In this document: piece after piece, positions 18,269 through 28,656 of the stretch | Numbering within the stretch: the first letter of the stretch is position 1 | How the letters are laid out: each line of letters starts with the position of its first letter | Virus record (IMG/VR): IMGVR_UViG_3300028602_000005 | Span: 146,137-210,136 of that record | DNA length: 64,000 bases | From: a virus | Taxonomy: Duplodnaviria > Heunggongvirae > Uroviricota > Caudoviricetes | Reading direction: 5' to 3' (one strand) | Translations under genes and position numbers: made by a program | The notes under the pieces: model-generated | The model's database searches: none | The model's input: the letters and a program-made list of their open reading frames with translations, nothing else | What the model was told of the DNA's origin: nothing

Positions 18269-18527
18269 CTTTTATAATTTGAATTCTTTTTGCTTCATCT
18301 ATCGAAAATCTTTCATTGATAAGTGAATTAAAAAGTGATACTTGGCCCAAATTTAAATCACCGACACTTATATCAAAAGTAACTTCATTTTCATTCATTT
18401 GAGAAACAGTTCAAAAAAATTTATATGTTGAGAATTTATCACATACACAAACTCTTTGACCTATAGACAAATTCTCAATCATATTAAAATTTTCATGTTC
18501 TCTAAATTCTTCAAGTATTTTATTCAT
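18261..18527 (-). pseudogene. 88-codon ORF interrupted by one in-frame TGA (not in ORF track)
   Basis: AAGGAG SD, ATG at 18527, TGA at 18411-18413 (codon 39); the frame stays open to 18261. Confidence 0.6.
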
Positions 18528-18541
18528 TTTCTAAATTCTCC

Positions 18542-18799
18542 TTACAAAATATCAATACTTCCACCTCTATCTAATATAAACTTCAATTCAAGACTGTAAG
18601 ATGTTTCTTGAGTTTTTACATCCATTAAAATTTTATTTGATTCTTCATTGAATTTTATCATACTTATAGTTCCTTTTATTTCTCTCAAAGAGCCAAAAGG
18701 AACTTTTATAATTATTTCATCTCCTTCTTTTATGTTAATGTCATTCATTATCTCCAAAGCTGATTTAGATTCTACCGTTTTATAATTTACTACTGACAT
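18542..18799 (-). CDS. Small hypothetical beta-barrel-like protein
   Basis: Start MSVV after GGAGG; IKEGDEIII...IKGTIS pattern. Confidence 0.6.
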   Translation of the reverse strand: MSVVNYKTVESKSALEIMNDINIKEGDEIIIKVPFGSLREIKGTISMIKFNEESNKILMDVKTQETSYSLELKFILDRGGSIDIL

Positions 18800-19019
18800 A
18801 TTTCTTACCTCCAATTTTATTTTCTTTATTATTTGTTATGAAATTTTCATCTATAATATCCATCCAAAAATTTCCACCATTTTCAAAAAAATTAGTTTTA
18901 TTAATTAACTTTTTTGCCTCTAATTCATTTACAATCATTTCTTCTTCACATTCGCATCGAATCATTTCATTATTCACACACACCAATCTTCCAATACGAA
19001 CCATAAATTTATTTTCCAT
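18780..19019 (-). CDS. Hypothetical early protein
   Basis: GGAGG SD; TATATATATTAA motif upstream. Confidence 0.6.
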   Translation of the reverse strand: MENKFMVRIGRLVCVNNEMIRCECEEEMIVNELEAKKLINKTNFFENGGNFWMDIIDENFITNNKENKIGGKKYVSSKL

Positions 19020-19057
19020 TTTAAACCTCCAAACAATAAAAAATTCTTATTCAATTA

Positions 19058-19112
19058 TTAATATATATAGATTTTGAATTAATTCACAAAATTTTTTTAG
19101 AACAAAATAATA
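19058..19112. promoter_or_regulatory. Divergent early/late promoter pair
   Basis: Minus CTATATATATTAA at 19058-19070; plus TTAGAACA-AAATAA-TA at 19097-19112. Confidence 0.6.
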
Positions 19113-19141
19113 ATAAACATTTATTGGAGACTTTATAATAT

Positions 19142-19669
19142 ATGAATTTTTTAGATAAGTATTTATCAGAATTGGCGAAAAAAATGAAAGAATCTATTTT
19201 TGCTGTTGATTCTGTTCATACTGGAAAAAGTGTAAAACCAAAGATTTTAGGACCAATTTATCCTAATTCGGAAGATGATGAGGATGAAGAAGAAAAATTA
19301 CATAATGAAAGTATTGAAATGGATTTAAAACAAGTTCTTCTTATCGATTTTGATAACACTATTCATAATTATTATGATGGTTGGAGAGATGGAACTGTTT
19401 ATGGTGAACCATTAGAAGGAGCAATTGAGTCTGTTCAATGGTTAAATAAACATTTCAAAATTGTTATATTTACGACAAGAGTTTCTCCAGCAACAAAAGA
19501 AAATGTAGAGGAACAAAAAAGAATAGTCACTGAATGGTTAAATAAATATAAAATCCCATTTGAATATATTACTTCTGATAAAGTTCCTTGTTTTAGAATG
19601 ATAGATGATTTGGCTCTTACTTTTACAAATTGGAAAGATATGATAGATAAAATTAAAAAAATAATTTAA
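19142..19669 (+). CDS. HAD-family phosphatase (PNKP 3'-phosphatase/nucleotidase-like) with N-terminal extension
   Basis: IDFDNTI motif I, FTTR motif II, K, and IDD motif IV. Confidence 0.8.
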   Translation: MNFLDKYLSELAKKMKESIFAVDSVHTGKSVKPKILGPIYPNSEDDEDEEEKLHNESIEMDLKQVLLIDFDNTIHNYYDGWRDGTVYGEPLEGAIESVQWLNKHFKIVIFTTRVSPATKENVEEQKRIVTEWLNKYKIPFEYITSDKVPCFRMIDDLALTFTNWKDMIDKIKKII

Positions 19670-19732
19670 TATAAATGGGAAAAACTTAGAACAAAAAAAG
19701 GATATATAAGTTTCTCTAGAGGAGAATTTAAA

Positions 19733-20452
19733 ATGGCTGTAAAAAATTCATTTTCTATGTTTGAAAGAAATCTTCTTACCAAAAAATTTGGTGGATCACA
19801 AGGAGTAGTTCAACCATATACATCTGGAACATTTTTTGTCTGGTTTTCATCAATACCAGAAAAAATAACAGATTATACAAAAACTGGCTCAAGTGGGCTT
19901 GGAAATATTACTGATGTTAGAAATGTTCTGGCTGGTGCTTGTACTGGATTTACGCCTCCAGGCGGAACCGTTAATGTGGTTGAATTTCCAGGTCTTGGTG
20001 GTTTAAAATGGGGTGTTCCAGGGGCTGTTGACTACGGTAATACTTTTAGTATTAAATTCCTAGAATTTTCAACACTTCCCATTACTGATATTATGCATTC
20101 ATGGGTAAAATTAATGAGAGATTATAGATTTGGTATCAGTGAAAAATTGGATGGTAGTGAAAGTGGTGGAATTACACATGATCAATATTCTGGAACAGTT
20201 TATTATTGGACCACTTCTCCAGATGGTCAGACAATTCAAAATTATACTTGTTATGATGGTGTTTTTCCATTAAGAGATCCTCAAGATCTTTTCTCAAGTG
20301 ATATTGAAACAATAGCTAGAGTTGATATTGAATTGGATTTCCATGTTGATTATATGTGGAGAGAAGATTGGGTTAAAACTGCGTGTCAATCATTTACACA
20401 ATATTTTATGAACGCAAAAGACAAAATAAAAGAATCATATAGACCTGCTTAA
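19733..20452 (+). CDS. Tail tube protein
   Basis: FTPPGGT, VPGAVDY, FSIKFLE, YDGVFP and IELDFHVD, T4 gp19-like pattern; own TTAGAACA motif at 19686-19693. Confidence 0.7.
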   Translation: MAVKNSFSMFERNLLTKKFGGSQGVVQPYTSGTFFVWFSSIPEKITDYTKTGSSGLGNITDVRNVLAGACTGFTPPGGTVNVVEFPGLGGLKWGVPGAVDYGNTFSIKFLEFSTLPITDIMHSWVKLMRDYRFGISEKLDGSESGGITHDQYSGTVYYWTTSPDGQTIQNYTCYDGVFPLRDPQDLFSSDIETIARVDIELDFHVDYMWREDWVKTACQSFTQYFMNAKDKIKESYRPA

Positions 20453-20469
20453 AAAGAAAGGAGAATTAG

Positions 20470-21246
20470 ATGTTTCAAGGATTTAATTTGAAGTACCCTG
20501 AATATGAGGTTATAACTCCCCAAACTAGTTTATCTTTTACAGTAAGGAGTTTAAATGTTCAAGAAGAAGAAACAATGAAAGGAAGTTTGTTAACACCTAT
20601 AAAAATTATAGAGCATCTCAATAAATCATTATTTGAATCAATTGTAAAAAAACCAGATGAGATAACTGATTATAAATCATTCTTAAAAAGTATAAGTTTA
20701 AAAGACAGAGATGCTCTATTATATGGTCTGTATCATATTACATATGAAGAAATCAGAGATTATAATATTAAATGTTCAAGCTGTAGTAAGAAATATCCTA
20801 TAACTGTAAATGCCTCAGATACATTTTCATTTAATGGATATGTCGGTAAAGATAATATTCTTGAAAAAATTGTTATTGAAGATCTTATATCTGATATTAA
20901 AGTTTTTATTAAACAACCGACAATTTATGATGAAGAAATGGCAATTAAAAATTTATCTGGAGGTTATCCCATTGAAACAATAATGGAAACTTTAATAATA
21001 GATAAATTTGTTCAAAACGAAAGTGGTTCAGATAGTAAAATTTATACAGAAAGGGATGATATAATTTTAGCTTATAAATACTTACCAGCTAAAGAAAAAA
21101 GAAAAATATTAAATAAATATGAAGAAGAATTTGGACAATATGGAATTAAACTTTCAATGAAAACATTCTGCCCAAATTGTGGTGAAAAAGAGGAGGTCGA
21201 TATAGATCTAGTAGAAAACTTTTTTCGAATGGTGTATGGATCATAA
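20470..21246 (+). CDS. Baseplate hub assembly protein (T4 gp26-like)
   Basis: PEYEVITP, VRSLNVQEEE, two CxxC pairs, ENFF ending. Confidence 0.75.
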   Translation: MFQGFNLKYPEYEVITPQTSLSFTVRSLNVQEEETMKGSLLTPIKIIEHLNKSLFESIVKKPDEITDYKSFLKSISLKDRDALLYGLYHITYEEIRDYNIKCSSCSKKYPITVNASDTFSFNGYVGKDNILEKIVIEDLISDIKVFIKQPTIYDEEMAIKNLSGGYPIETIMETLIIDKFVQNESGSDSKIYTERDDIILAYKYLPAKEKRKILNKYEEEFGQYGIKLSMKTFCPNCGEKEEVDIDLVENFFRMVYGS

Positions 21247-21442
21247 TAGTATTGATAGATATAAAAAAGTATTAAATGAAAACATTTTTTCTGTTATGGA
21301 ATTGATGAAAGCTGTAACATATACTTCAATTTTAATAATGCCTGTCTTTAGATTTGAAAGTTTACTTAAGTGGAAAGCAGATCTTGAAGAACAAAAAGAA
21401 AGAATGTTAGATGAAATAAATAAGAAAAAAATATTAGGTTAA
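21236..21442 (+). CDS. Small baseplate assembly protein (gp51-like)
   Basis: 68 aa overlapping the gp26-like gene; ILIMPVFRF then a charged helix. Confidence 0.5.
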   Translation: MDHNSIDRYKKVLNENIFSVMELMKAVTYTSILIMPVFRFESLLKWKADLEEQKERMLDEINKKKILG

Positions 21443-21446
21443 AAAT

Positions 21447-21872
21447 ATGGCAAATAATTTAGATAATTTTTTTAAAAATTCTGTTGGATCAAGATCTAAA
21501 ATTAGTGATTATACGTCTAAAATTGATTCAACAGGCGATTTTAAAAGAATAATAAATTTAGAAGTAATATTAAATAATTGGAATAATATTTTATTAACTC
21601 CTAAAAGAACCGTAGATCATGATCCTGAATTTGGTAGTGATATTTATAAATATGTTTTTGAAAATGCAGAAGAAAGTGTTTTAGAGGATTTAAAAGAAGA
21701 AATTCGTTATGCTTTAATGAATCAAGATGATAGAGCTAAAATTACAAATATTAATGTTTATTTTATAAAGGGTAAAAAGGGATTTATTATAGATATAGAA
21801 GCTTCTTATAATGGTAATACTGGATCATTAAAAGCTATTATTGACGAAAACCAATATTTCAATTTTCAATAA
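21447..21872 (+). CDS. Baseplate wedge/sheath initiator (T4 gp25-like)
   Basis: NILLTPKR...DPEFGSDIYKYVFE...DDR motif. Confidence 0.88.
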   Translation: MANNLDNFFKNSVGSRSKISDYTSKIDSTGDFKRIINLEVILNNWNNILLTPKRTVDHDPEFGSDIYKYVFENAEESVLEDLKEEIRYALMNQDDRAKITNINVYFIKGKKGFIIDIEASYNGNTGSLKAIIDENQYFNFQ

Positions 21873-21880
21873 GGAAAAAG

Positions 21881-23047
21881 ATGCATATATATTATTTTAT
21901 TTTAGAAAATTATAGTTTATTTGGAAAACATAAAGGAAATACCCATCTATTTATGATTCCAATATCCGATAATAGACATATTTATGTGGGTCTTCTTGGT
22001 GAAATAGAAGGAAATAAAAGTCATTATGCTTCTAAATTAATTGTTCAAATTCCTTCAAGATTGATTCATCCTGTTATAGAAGGTGAAAAGAAATATTTTG
22101 GAGAAAAATTTAAAATTTTAGAAAAAATACCCTGTTCAGTTACAGAAGATGAAGAGGGAATATATTCAATTGTATTAAAAAACAAAGGAAAATATTTAAA
22201 ATCTGATTTAACTGTTAAATTCAGTCAAACTTATAGTAGTTATAATATGAGAATATATACTATATGGGGTAAATTATCATTTAAATCAGAAAATATAAAA
22301 ACAAAAATGGAACTGAATAAAATGTCAAAACTTTTATCTACAATAGGAGTTAAAAAATCTCCTGATAATAGTAACAATTTAAATGGAGGAAAAGAAATGA
22401 GTTCAGATGATAAAATATTTGAAGGGGCGTTAAAGCTTTTTTTATTAGATGTTATTAAAGAAAGTAAAGTTCTTGAAAATAATCTAAAAAAAGATGAAAT
22501 TATTGAAATGGGAATCGAAGTTAATAATATGAAACTTTCAGAATGTGTTTCAATTATACTTAATCTTCCCCAAAATGCTACAATAGAAGAAATTAGAGAA
22601 GAAGAAGGTAATTTTAAGAAAGCTGTGAAATATACAGCAGCAGCCGCTGGTGGTGCTTATGCAATTACTCATCCAGAAAAAATGAAAGCAATTGGAAGTG
22701 CAATTACTCATCCAAAAAAAATAAAAGCAATTGGAAAAGATATAATTTTTTCAGATAAATTTAGAAAGACAAAAGGAGCAGCCGCAGCAGTTGCGGGCCT
22801 ATATCTTTATAGAAAACTTTCAGATCCTTGTGTTAGAAAAGGATTACTTCATATTCATAAACCCGCAGAAAGAAGGGAAGTAGTTAAAAAGTGTAGAATG
22901 GAAGCAGCTAGAAAAGTAATAAATCAATTGAGAAAAAATATGGGAGGATGTGTTAATGCAAGTAATCCTCCAAAATGTAAAGCTAAATATGCAAAAGAAA
23001 TCGAAAAATGGAATAAAAAATTAGCAGAAATAACTTCAAAAAATTAA
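21881..23047 (+). CDS. Hypothetical virion protein with probable internal start at 22397
   Basis: In-frame ATG at 22397 with GGAGG SD; the C-terminal part is paralogous to 23059..23682. Confidence 0.65.
   Translation: MHIYYFILENYSLFGKHKGNTHLFMIPISDNRHIYVGLLGEIEGNKSHYASKLIVQIPSRLIHPVIEGEKKYFGEKFKILEKIPCSVTEDEEGIYSIVLKNKGKYLKSDLTVKFSQTYSSYNMRIYTIWGKLSFKSENIKTKMELNKMSKLLSTIGVKKSPDNSNNLNGGKEMSSDDKIFEGALKLFLLDVIKESKVLENNLKKDEIIEMGIEVNNMKLSECVSIILNLPQNATIEEIREEEGNFKKAVKYTAAAAGGAYAITHPEKMKAIGSAITHPKKIKAIGKDIIFSDKFRKTKGAAAAVAGLYLYRKLSDPCVRKGLLHIHKPAERREVVKKCRMEAARKVINQLRKNMGGCVNASNPPKCKAKYAKEIEKWNKKLAEITSKN
22661..22736 (+). repeat. 39-nt tandem duplication (AITHPxKxKAIG x2)
   Basis: GCAATTACTCATCCA...AAAGCAATTGGAA starting at 22661 and 22700. 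Confidence 0.85.
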
Positions 23048-23058
23048 AGATATATTTA

Positions 23059-23682
23059 ATGATAATCATGGAAAATAATAAATTATTAGAAAAAAATATT
23101 AAGATTTTTTTATTAAATATGATTCGTGAAAATGAGAAAATAAAATATAAATTAAAATCAAGAGAAATTATAGAATTGGGTATTCATATTAAAAATATGA
23201 AATTAGAAGATTGTTTATCTTTATTTGAAAATCAAAATACTGAAGTAAATGGACATCTTTTAGTAAATCTTTTAAAATATGATTTAGCTGCAATAGGTGG
23301 AGCATTAACATTAAATAAATATTTCAAAGGATGGAGAGATACAATTTTAAAAAATGCATCTGGAAGAAATAAATATTTTTTTCAGAAAAGATGGACACAT
23401 GGATCTCAATTTAAAGCTTCTATTGCTGGTATGGTTTTATATTATATTTATAATAGATTAGCTGATGAATGTGATAGAAAAGCTATATTAACATTTGATT
23501 CAGTTAAAAGTAAACAATTAAAAAAGCAATGTAGAGCAGATAGTATAAGATTAATTTTAAAAAAATTAGAAGAAAATAAAAAATATTGTAAATATACTGA
23601 AGATCCTAAAAAATGTTATGACAAATATAAACATGAATATAGTAAATGGACTATGAAATTAAATAAAGTTATTAAAAAATAG
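23059..23682 (+). CDS. Hypothetical virion protein (4-Cys C-terminal motif family)
   Basis: RLADEC...KQCR...YC...PKKC..KY..E..KW..KL shared with the upstream gene. Confidence 0.65.
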   Translation: MIIMENNKLLEKNIKIFLLNMIRENEKIKYKLKSREIIELGIHIKNMKLEDCLSLFENQNTEVNGHLLVNLLKYDLAAIGGALTLNKYFKGWRDTILKNASGRNKYFFQKRWTHGSQFKASIAGMVLYYIYNRLADECDRKAILTFDSVKSKQLKKQCRADSIRLILKKLEENKKYCKYTEDPKKCYDKYKHEYSKWTMKLNKVIKK

Positions 23683-23691
23683 GAAATTTAA

Positions 23692-24339
23692 ATGCAAAAA
23701 TTCAATATAATTACTGATTACATTAATGAATATTGGGGTAAGATATACGACTACTACTCAAAAGTAGGAACCTCCTTTTTAGTAACATATTACAATATTG
23801 ATGTTGAAAATACTGTTTGGGATAATGAGAAGATGATGGGAGGATCTTATGAAAAAATAGGATCACTCTCTGGTATAAAATGGAATAAAATTCTTCTTTT
23901 TCCTGTATATCAAATAACTGAAACAATGAAAGATATGGATGCTCAAGATATAGGTTATATTAGTATGCAAGAAAGTGAATTAGTTATCCCAAGTAGTTAT
24001 GGAATAACTCCCCATTCAAATGATATGATAAAATTTAATAAAAGTTATTTAAATTTAGATGAATCAGATATAAGACCTATTTTCGCAGTTACAGGTTTAT
24101 CAAAACAATCTGATCAAAATAGAAGTTTTTGGAAATTAAAAGTTATGGTAGAACAATCTAGAACAAGTACCGAATTAGATGAACAAGTTTCTTCAGTTTA
24201 TTCGTTTCTAGATTACAATAAAAAAATATATTCTATTGAAAATGCTTTAACATTAACAAGAATGATGTTAAAAAACAGTTTGTTAAAAGATAGAGTATCA
24301 GAATTATTTGATAAAAATTCAGGATTTATTTTTGTTTAA
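23692..24339 (+). CDS. Hypothetical structural protein
   Basis: 215 aa, inside the morphogenesis operon. Confidence 0.55.
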   Translation: MQKFNIITDYINEYWGKIYDYYSKVGTSFLVTYYNIDVENTVWDNEKMMGGSYEKIGSLSGIKWNKILLFPVYQITETMKDMDAQDIGYISMQESELVIPSSYGITPHSNDMIKFNKSYLNLDESDIRPIFAVTGLSKQSDQNRSFWKLKVMVEQSRTSTELDEQVSSVYSFLDYNKKIYSIENALTLTRMMLKNSLLKDRVSELFDKNSGFIFV

Positions 24340-24353
24340 AAAAGGAAAAATAA

Positions 24354-26810
24354 ATGTCAAGCACATCAATATCTGAAGATATTTATCTCTCAAGAGATGA
24401 AATAAGGCTCCAAATAATTGAATATATGAAGACGTATATGGAGCTTGAAAATATAGATTTGACTAAAAGCTCATTTCTTTCTTTCTTAATTAATACTCTT
24501 TCTACGTTAACATCTAATTTATTATTTTATGAAACATCTGTTTATAGAGAATTCTTTTTAACAAAAGCAATGCTTTCTGAATCAATTTTAAATCTTTCTT
24601 CATTTCTTGGATATAATACTAAAGAAGCTTCATATGCTACGGCAAATGTTTTATTTACAATTCCTTTAACCTTTACTTCTTATCCTATAACTTTAACAAT
24701 TCCAAACGGTTCATTAACTACATCTGATTTTAAATTGACTTCCGGTATTATTGATTTCGTAACATATTATGTGACGACAATTGAAATAACAAATGCGTCA
24801 AGTGTTTCAATTACTGTTACAACGAGTGATAATAGAACATTCAATCTTCCATTTACAATTGAAAATGGTTCATTAGAATTTATATTACCTGTGAGACAAT
24901 ATAAAGTTACGACTATTGAAAGACAAGTAGATTCTGATTTACAAGCATTACAATTTTTCACTTTAGATGTTCCTTTAAATGGAAAAGTTTCTTCTATGTC
25001 AGTTTCTGTAGGAGGAACATCATATACTGAATATTCTAGTTTATATTTAATGGGTTCTGATACGAAAGGTTATGTTTCAAGAAGAACATCAACAGGTATA
25101 AAATTATATTTTGGAAACGGTTTAGTTGGTTTTCAACCACCATCAGGAGAAACAATATTAATTACGTTATATGAAACAGAGGGAGCTACTGGAAATGTAA
25201 TTGCTTCTTCAATTAATACAGGAACAAGATTGTATGTTACAGATAATGGTCAAAGTAAACAATTAGATTATACTATTACAAATACATCTGCCGCTACTGG
25301 TGGAGAGGATGAAGAAACAGATCAAGAAATAAGAACAAATTCTATCGCAAATTTAGTTTCTATGGGAAGACTTGTGGGTGAACAAGATTTTCAAAATATT
25401 GATGTTGTTGTTCCTTATTCACCTCTTTCTCAAAATTCATATCCTATTTTAAAGAGATCAGATTTTGTAAGAAATGAAATTTCTTTATTTACCACTTTAA
25501 TGTTTGATTCTGAATTAGTTCCTATGAGAAATGCAAAATTAATTTTAGATTCTGAGACAACAAGTGTAAATAAAGGATATTCCACAACTATTGATGGGAC
25601 AGAATATGAAACTTTATTTAATATGACAATTGATTCGACAAATAGATCTGCCACTTATACTTATAATTTATCACAAATTACTTTGAATCCAATTTTATCT
25701 AAAAATTACAGTACTGAATATATAACATCTTTAAATAATTTAAATATTACTCATTCAGGAAATATTACTACATTTTCAATGGATTATGAATATAGTTCTA
25801 ATATAGATCCTTCTTTATTAAGTGGTGAATTATATAATCTCACTAATAGTAGAGATTATGATATGGTTAATGATTCAACTGCTTATACTTTTACTTATAT
25901 ATTTAATACTTATCCTTATTTTCCTGGGGATGAACAAAATCTTTTATTTAAAATATATTATAATGGAACAATGATTTGTGATTATATTGTTTCAACAACA
26001 GTTAAGAAAGTTCTTGATGAATTTATGTTATCGAGTATTGCTGTTGATTCTACAGGAATAACCATATATGACGTTCCAGTAATAAAATCATCTTATCTTT
26101 CAGCTATTGATGTAGATAGTTTTGAATTAGATACATTACAATATATGTTATCTACTTTAAGTTTTGAAAATTATAGAATGATTACAGATTTTGTTAATTT
26201 AAAATTTACTAATACTTCTGGATCTATGTTAGGAATGCAATATAATGATGTAACAAAAGAAGCGGTAATTCAAATAGGAATTCCGAATACTCCTATAAAT
26301 GCTGGAAGATATATTGTTTCTGGAAGTGAAAGTGTTTCTTGGAAACAATATGAAGGAAAAATAGCTACTTATGATTCTGGAACAGACACATGGACTTTCA
26401 CTACACCTCAAATGGATGACATAGTTAAAGTGACAAATGAAAATAAAAAATATATTTATAGTGAGAAAACTTGGGTTTATCCAAATTATACTATTCCTTT
26501 AGAAATAGAAATAGAAGTATTTAAAAGTTCAACATATTATGGAACAAATGCTGAATTAACTAATGCTATAAAAGAAGCTATTTATGAGGCATTTGAAAAT
26601 AGATTTGGATCAAATATTTCTCTATATAGATCTGAAATAATTGATGTTGCCCATAATGTATCTGGTGTAAGAAATGTTAATATAGTAAAACCAGAATCAA
26701 ATATTTTCTTTGATTTTGAAACTAAAAATTTAACCAAAACAGAATTATTAGAATTTTCTCCAGAGTATGTTTATTTTACAGAAGATAATATAACAGTAAG
26801 GATATATTAA
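24354..26810 (+). CDS. Baseplate wedge subunit (T4 gp6/P2 gpJ-like)
   Basis: EFFLTKA...SILNLSSFLGY, LYFGNG..G..P, ETEGATGNV and ATGGEDEETDQEIR motifs. Confidence 0.85.
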   Translation: MSSTSISEDIYLSRDEIRLQIIEYMKTYMELENIDLTKSSFLSFLINTLSTLTSNLLFYETSVYREFFLTKAMLSESILNLSSFLGYNTKEASYATANVLFTIPLTFTSYPITLTIPNGSLTTSDFKLTSGIIDFVTYYVTTIEITNASSVSITVTTSDNRTFNLPFTIENGSLEFILPVRQYKVTTIERQVDSDLQALQFFTLDVPLNGKVSSMSVSVGGTSYTEYSSLYLMGSDTKGYVSRRTSTGIKLYFGNGLVGFQPPSGETILITLYETEGATGNVIASSINTGTRLYVTDNGQSKQLDYTITNTSAATGGEDEETDQEIRTNSIANLVSMGRLVGEQDFQNIDVVVPYSPLSQNSYPILKRSDFVRNEISLFTTLMFDSELVPMRNAKLILDSETTSVNKGYSTTIDGTEYETLFNMTIDSTNRSATYTYNLSQITLNPILSKNYSTEYITSLNNLNITHSGNITTFSMDYEYSSNIDPSLLSGELYNLTNSRDYDMVNDSTAYTFTYIFNTYPYFPGDEQNLLFKIYYNGTMICDYIVSTTVKKVLDEFMLSSIAVDSTGITIYDVPVIKSSYLSAIDVDSFELDTLQYMLSTLSFENYRMITDFVNLKFTNTSGSMLGMQYNDVTKEAVIQIGIPNTPINAGRYIVSGSESVSWKQYEGKIATYDSGTDTWTFTTPQMDDIVKVTNENKKYIYSEKTWVYPNYTIPLEIEIEVFKSSTYYGTNAELTNAIKEAIYEAFENRFGSNISLYRSEIIDVAHNVSGVRNVNIVKPESNIFFDFETKNLTKTELLEFSPEYVYFTEDNITVRIY

Positions 26811-27967
26811 TGGAAATTTTATTAAACAAAGCTAAAATAAATAGGATACAATTAAGACAATTTATAATAAGAATTACCGCAGAAGAATTATCATCATTAT
26901 CTGAACCTTGTTATTATCCCGCTTTGAAAAAATATTATTTTGATTTGTTAAAACTTACTGGATTAAATGAAAGAGATATTATCGATTTCTTTTCTAATTT
27001 ATTTAAGGGAACTAAAGCACCTGAAGGATTTCTTTTAAATGACGAAACTACAAATCTTTTAATTTTTATAATGCATTATTTTTTAATAAATAAAGATGAT
27101 ATTGGATATTCAGCAACAATGTTATATCATATGATTAGACAATATTCAAATCTAATGCATAGAAGAATTGCTTTTTGTCAACCAGAAGCTTTTAAATATG
27201 CTTTAGATAATATTTCAAAAACACATTTATTCGCTAGAGAAAAAACAATTCCAAATGCTATTTATTTTCTTTCTAAAGAAATGATAAGATTACATACAGA
27301 TCATCTTTTAAATGCCGAACCAGATGGTATTTTTGCGATGGTTTATCTTTCAAGACATAGATTATCTCAAAGTTTAAGAAGTTTTGCTGAATTATATTAT
27401 AAAGCTGCTAAAGAAGGTTTGGGTTATAAAACTCAAGAAGAAGCACCAGAGGAATCAGAAACAGAAAGATATCAGAAACAAGAATCTGATAGATCAAAAA
27501 TGGTTGCTGAGAGAGTTATTCAATCTATAGTTGTATATAAAAATATTGATAAATCAGCAATAGAAGATGCCAAAAAAGTAACAAGAATAAATATCAATTT
27601 AGCAAATCAATTAGCTAATAAATTAGTTGATATGAAATATTCCGATGATATAAGAATAATAGTAGAATTATTTGTTAAAGATTTATCTTCTGTAAGTGAA
27701 TTATGTGGATCAAAATTTCTTCCATACACTAGAAGTTTAATGTCCTTAAAGAGAACTACTAAACAAATATATTTTAAAAAACAAGTTAATGATCTAACGA
27801 TTAAATTAGTTAAAGATATTGGATATTATGATAAATTTGAAAGCTTAACAAATCAGACTCAATTTCTTATATCTGCTTTCGTAGCTTTTTATATTGCTAT
27901 TGTTACTAGACATTTAGTTTGTGGTCAAAAGAAAATTGAAAAAATAGCTACTTTTAGAATATATTAA
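26810..27967 (+). CDS. Hypothetical all-helical protein
   Basis: 385 aa ORF coupled (TAATG) to the wedge gene; no motif recognised. Confidence 0.65.
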   Translation: MEILLNKAKINRIQLRQFIIRITAEELSSLSEPCYYPALKKYYFDLLKLTGLNERDIIDFFSNLFKGTKAPEGFLLNDETTNLLIFIMHYFLINKDDIGYSATMLYHMIRQYSNLMHRRIAFCQPEAFKYALDNISKTHLFAREKTIPNAIYFLSKEMIRLHTDHLLNAEPDGIFAMVYLSRHRLSQSLRSFAELYYKAAKEGLGYKTQEEAPEESETERYQKQESDRSKMVAERVIQSIVVYKNIDKSAIEDAKKVTRININLANQLANKLVDMKYSDDIRIIVELFVKDLSSVSELCGSKFLPYTRSLMSLKRTTKQIYFKKQVNDLTIKLVKDIGYYDKFESLTNQTQFLISAFVAFYIAIVTRHLVCGQKKIEKIATFRIY

Positions 27968-28656
27968 GAAATATCTATTTTATATAATTCATAATACTTT
28001 TTAACTTTAAGTTGTTCATTTACCTCTAATTTTTTCATAATTTTTAAAAGTCTATTTAAACGAATTTTTTTTCTTTCATCTTTTTCTTTTTTAATCATAT
28101 TTTCTATTTGGTTTCTTGTTTTTTTCACTTTTTCATATTTACATTTATGAGTAAGATATAATCTTAAATTTTTAATTTTAATTTTTTCATATTTATTTCT
28201 ACATTCTTCAAATAAATTATTATAATAACTACTTGATAATAGAAAACCGAGATAAAAAGATTCTGATATATGTATTCTATATTTTGATATGTTTTTATTA
28301 ATTCTATCAGATTCTTTTTTTAATTCTATTAAAGTAAATTCAATTTTTTTATTTATTTTTTCATTCATTTCTTTATCTTTTAAAGATAATAATATTTTTT
28401 GTTTTTCTCCTTCTATTATTTTTATTGTCTTTTCATTTTCATCTAATTTACATAAATTCAAATAATATTCTTTTTGTTTCGGTTTTAAATTTCCCATCAT
28501 TTTAATTTTTTTATAACAAGAATTTTCATTTTTCATCATTAAAGTGGAAACAATTTTACCAACACTCCACCCAATAAAAAAAGTTATAGTATTAGAAAAA
28601 ATAAGAGTAGTTAAAAATGGTTCAATTTCATTGATGTTTTCTTTTTTATTGATCAT
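27964..28656 (-). CDS. Hypothetical basic protein with an internally duplicated C...C motif
   Basis: Two repeats of a hydrophobic stretch + C..K..(n)..Y...CK; reminiscent of the 21881/23059 family. Confidence 0.6.
   Translation of the reverse strand: MINKKENINEIEPFLTTLIFSNTITFFIGWSVGKIVSTLMMKNENSCYKKIKMMGNLKPKQKEYYLNLCKLDENEKTIKIIEGEKQKILLSLKDKEMNEKINKKIEFTLIELKKESDRINKNISKYRIHISESFYLGFLLSSSYYNNLFEECRNKYEKIKIKNLRLYLTHKCKYEKVKKTRNQIENMIKKEKDERKKIRLNRLLKIMKKLEVNEQLKVKKYYELYKIDIS

Noticed and set aside
26810-27967. Sigma-like RNAP subunit call
   Set aside because: No sigma region 2 or 4 motif was recognisable; kept as hypothetical and mentioned only as a candidate.
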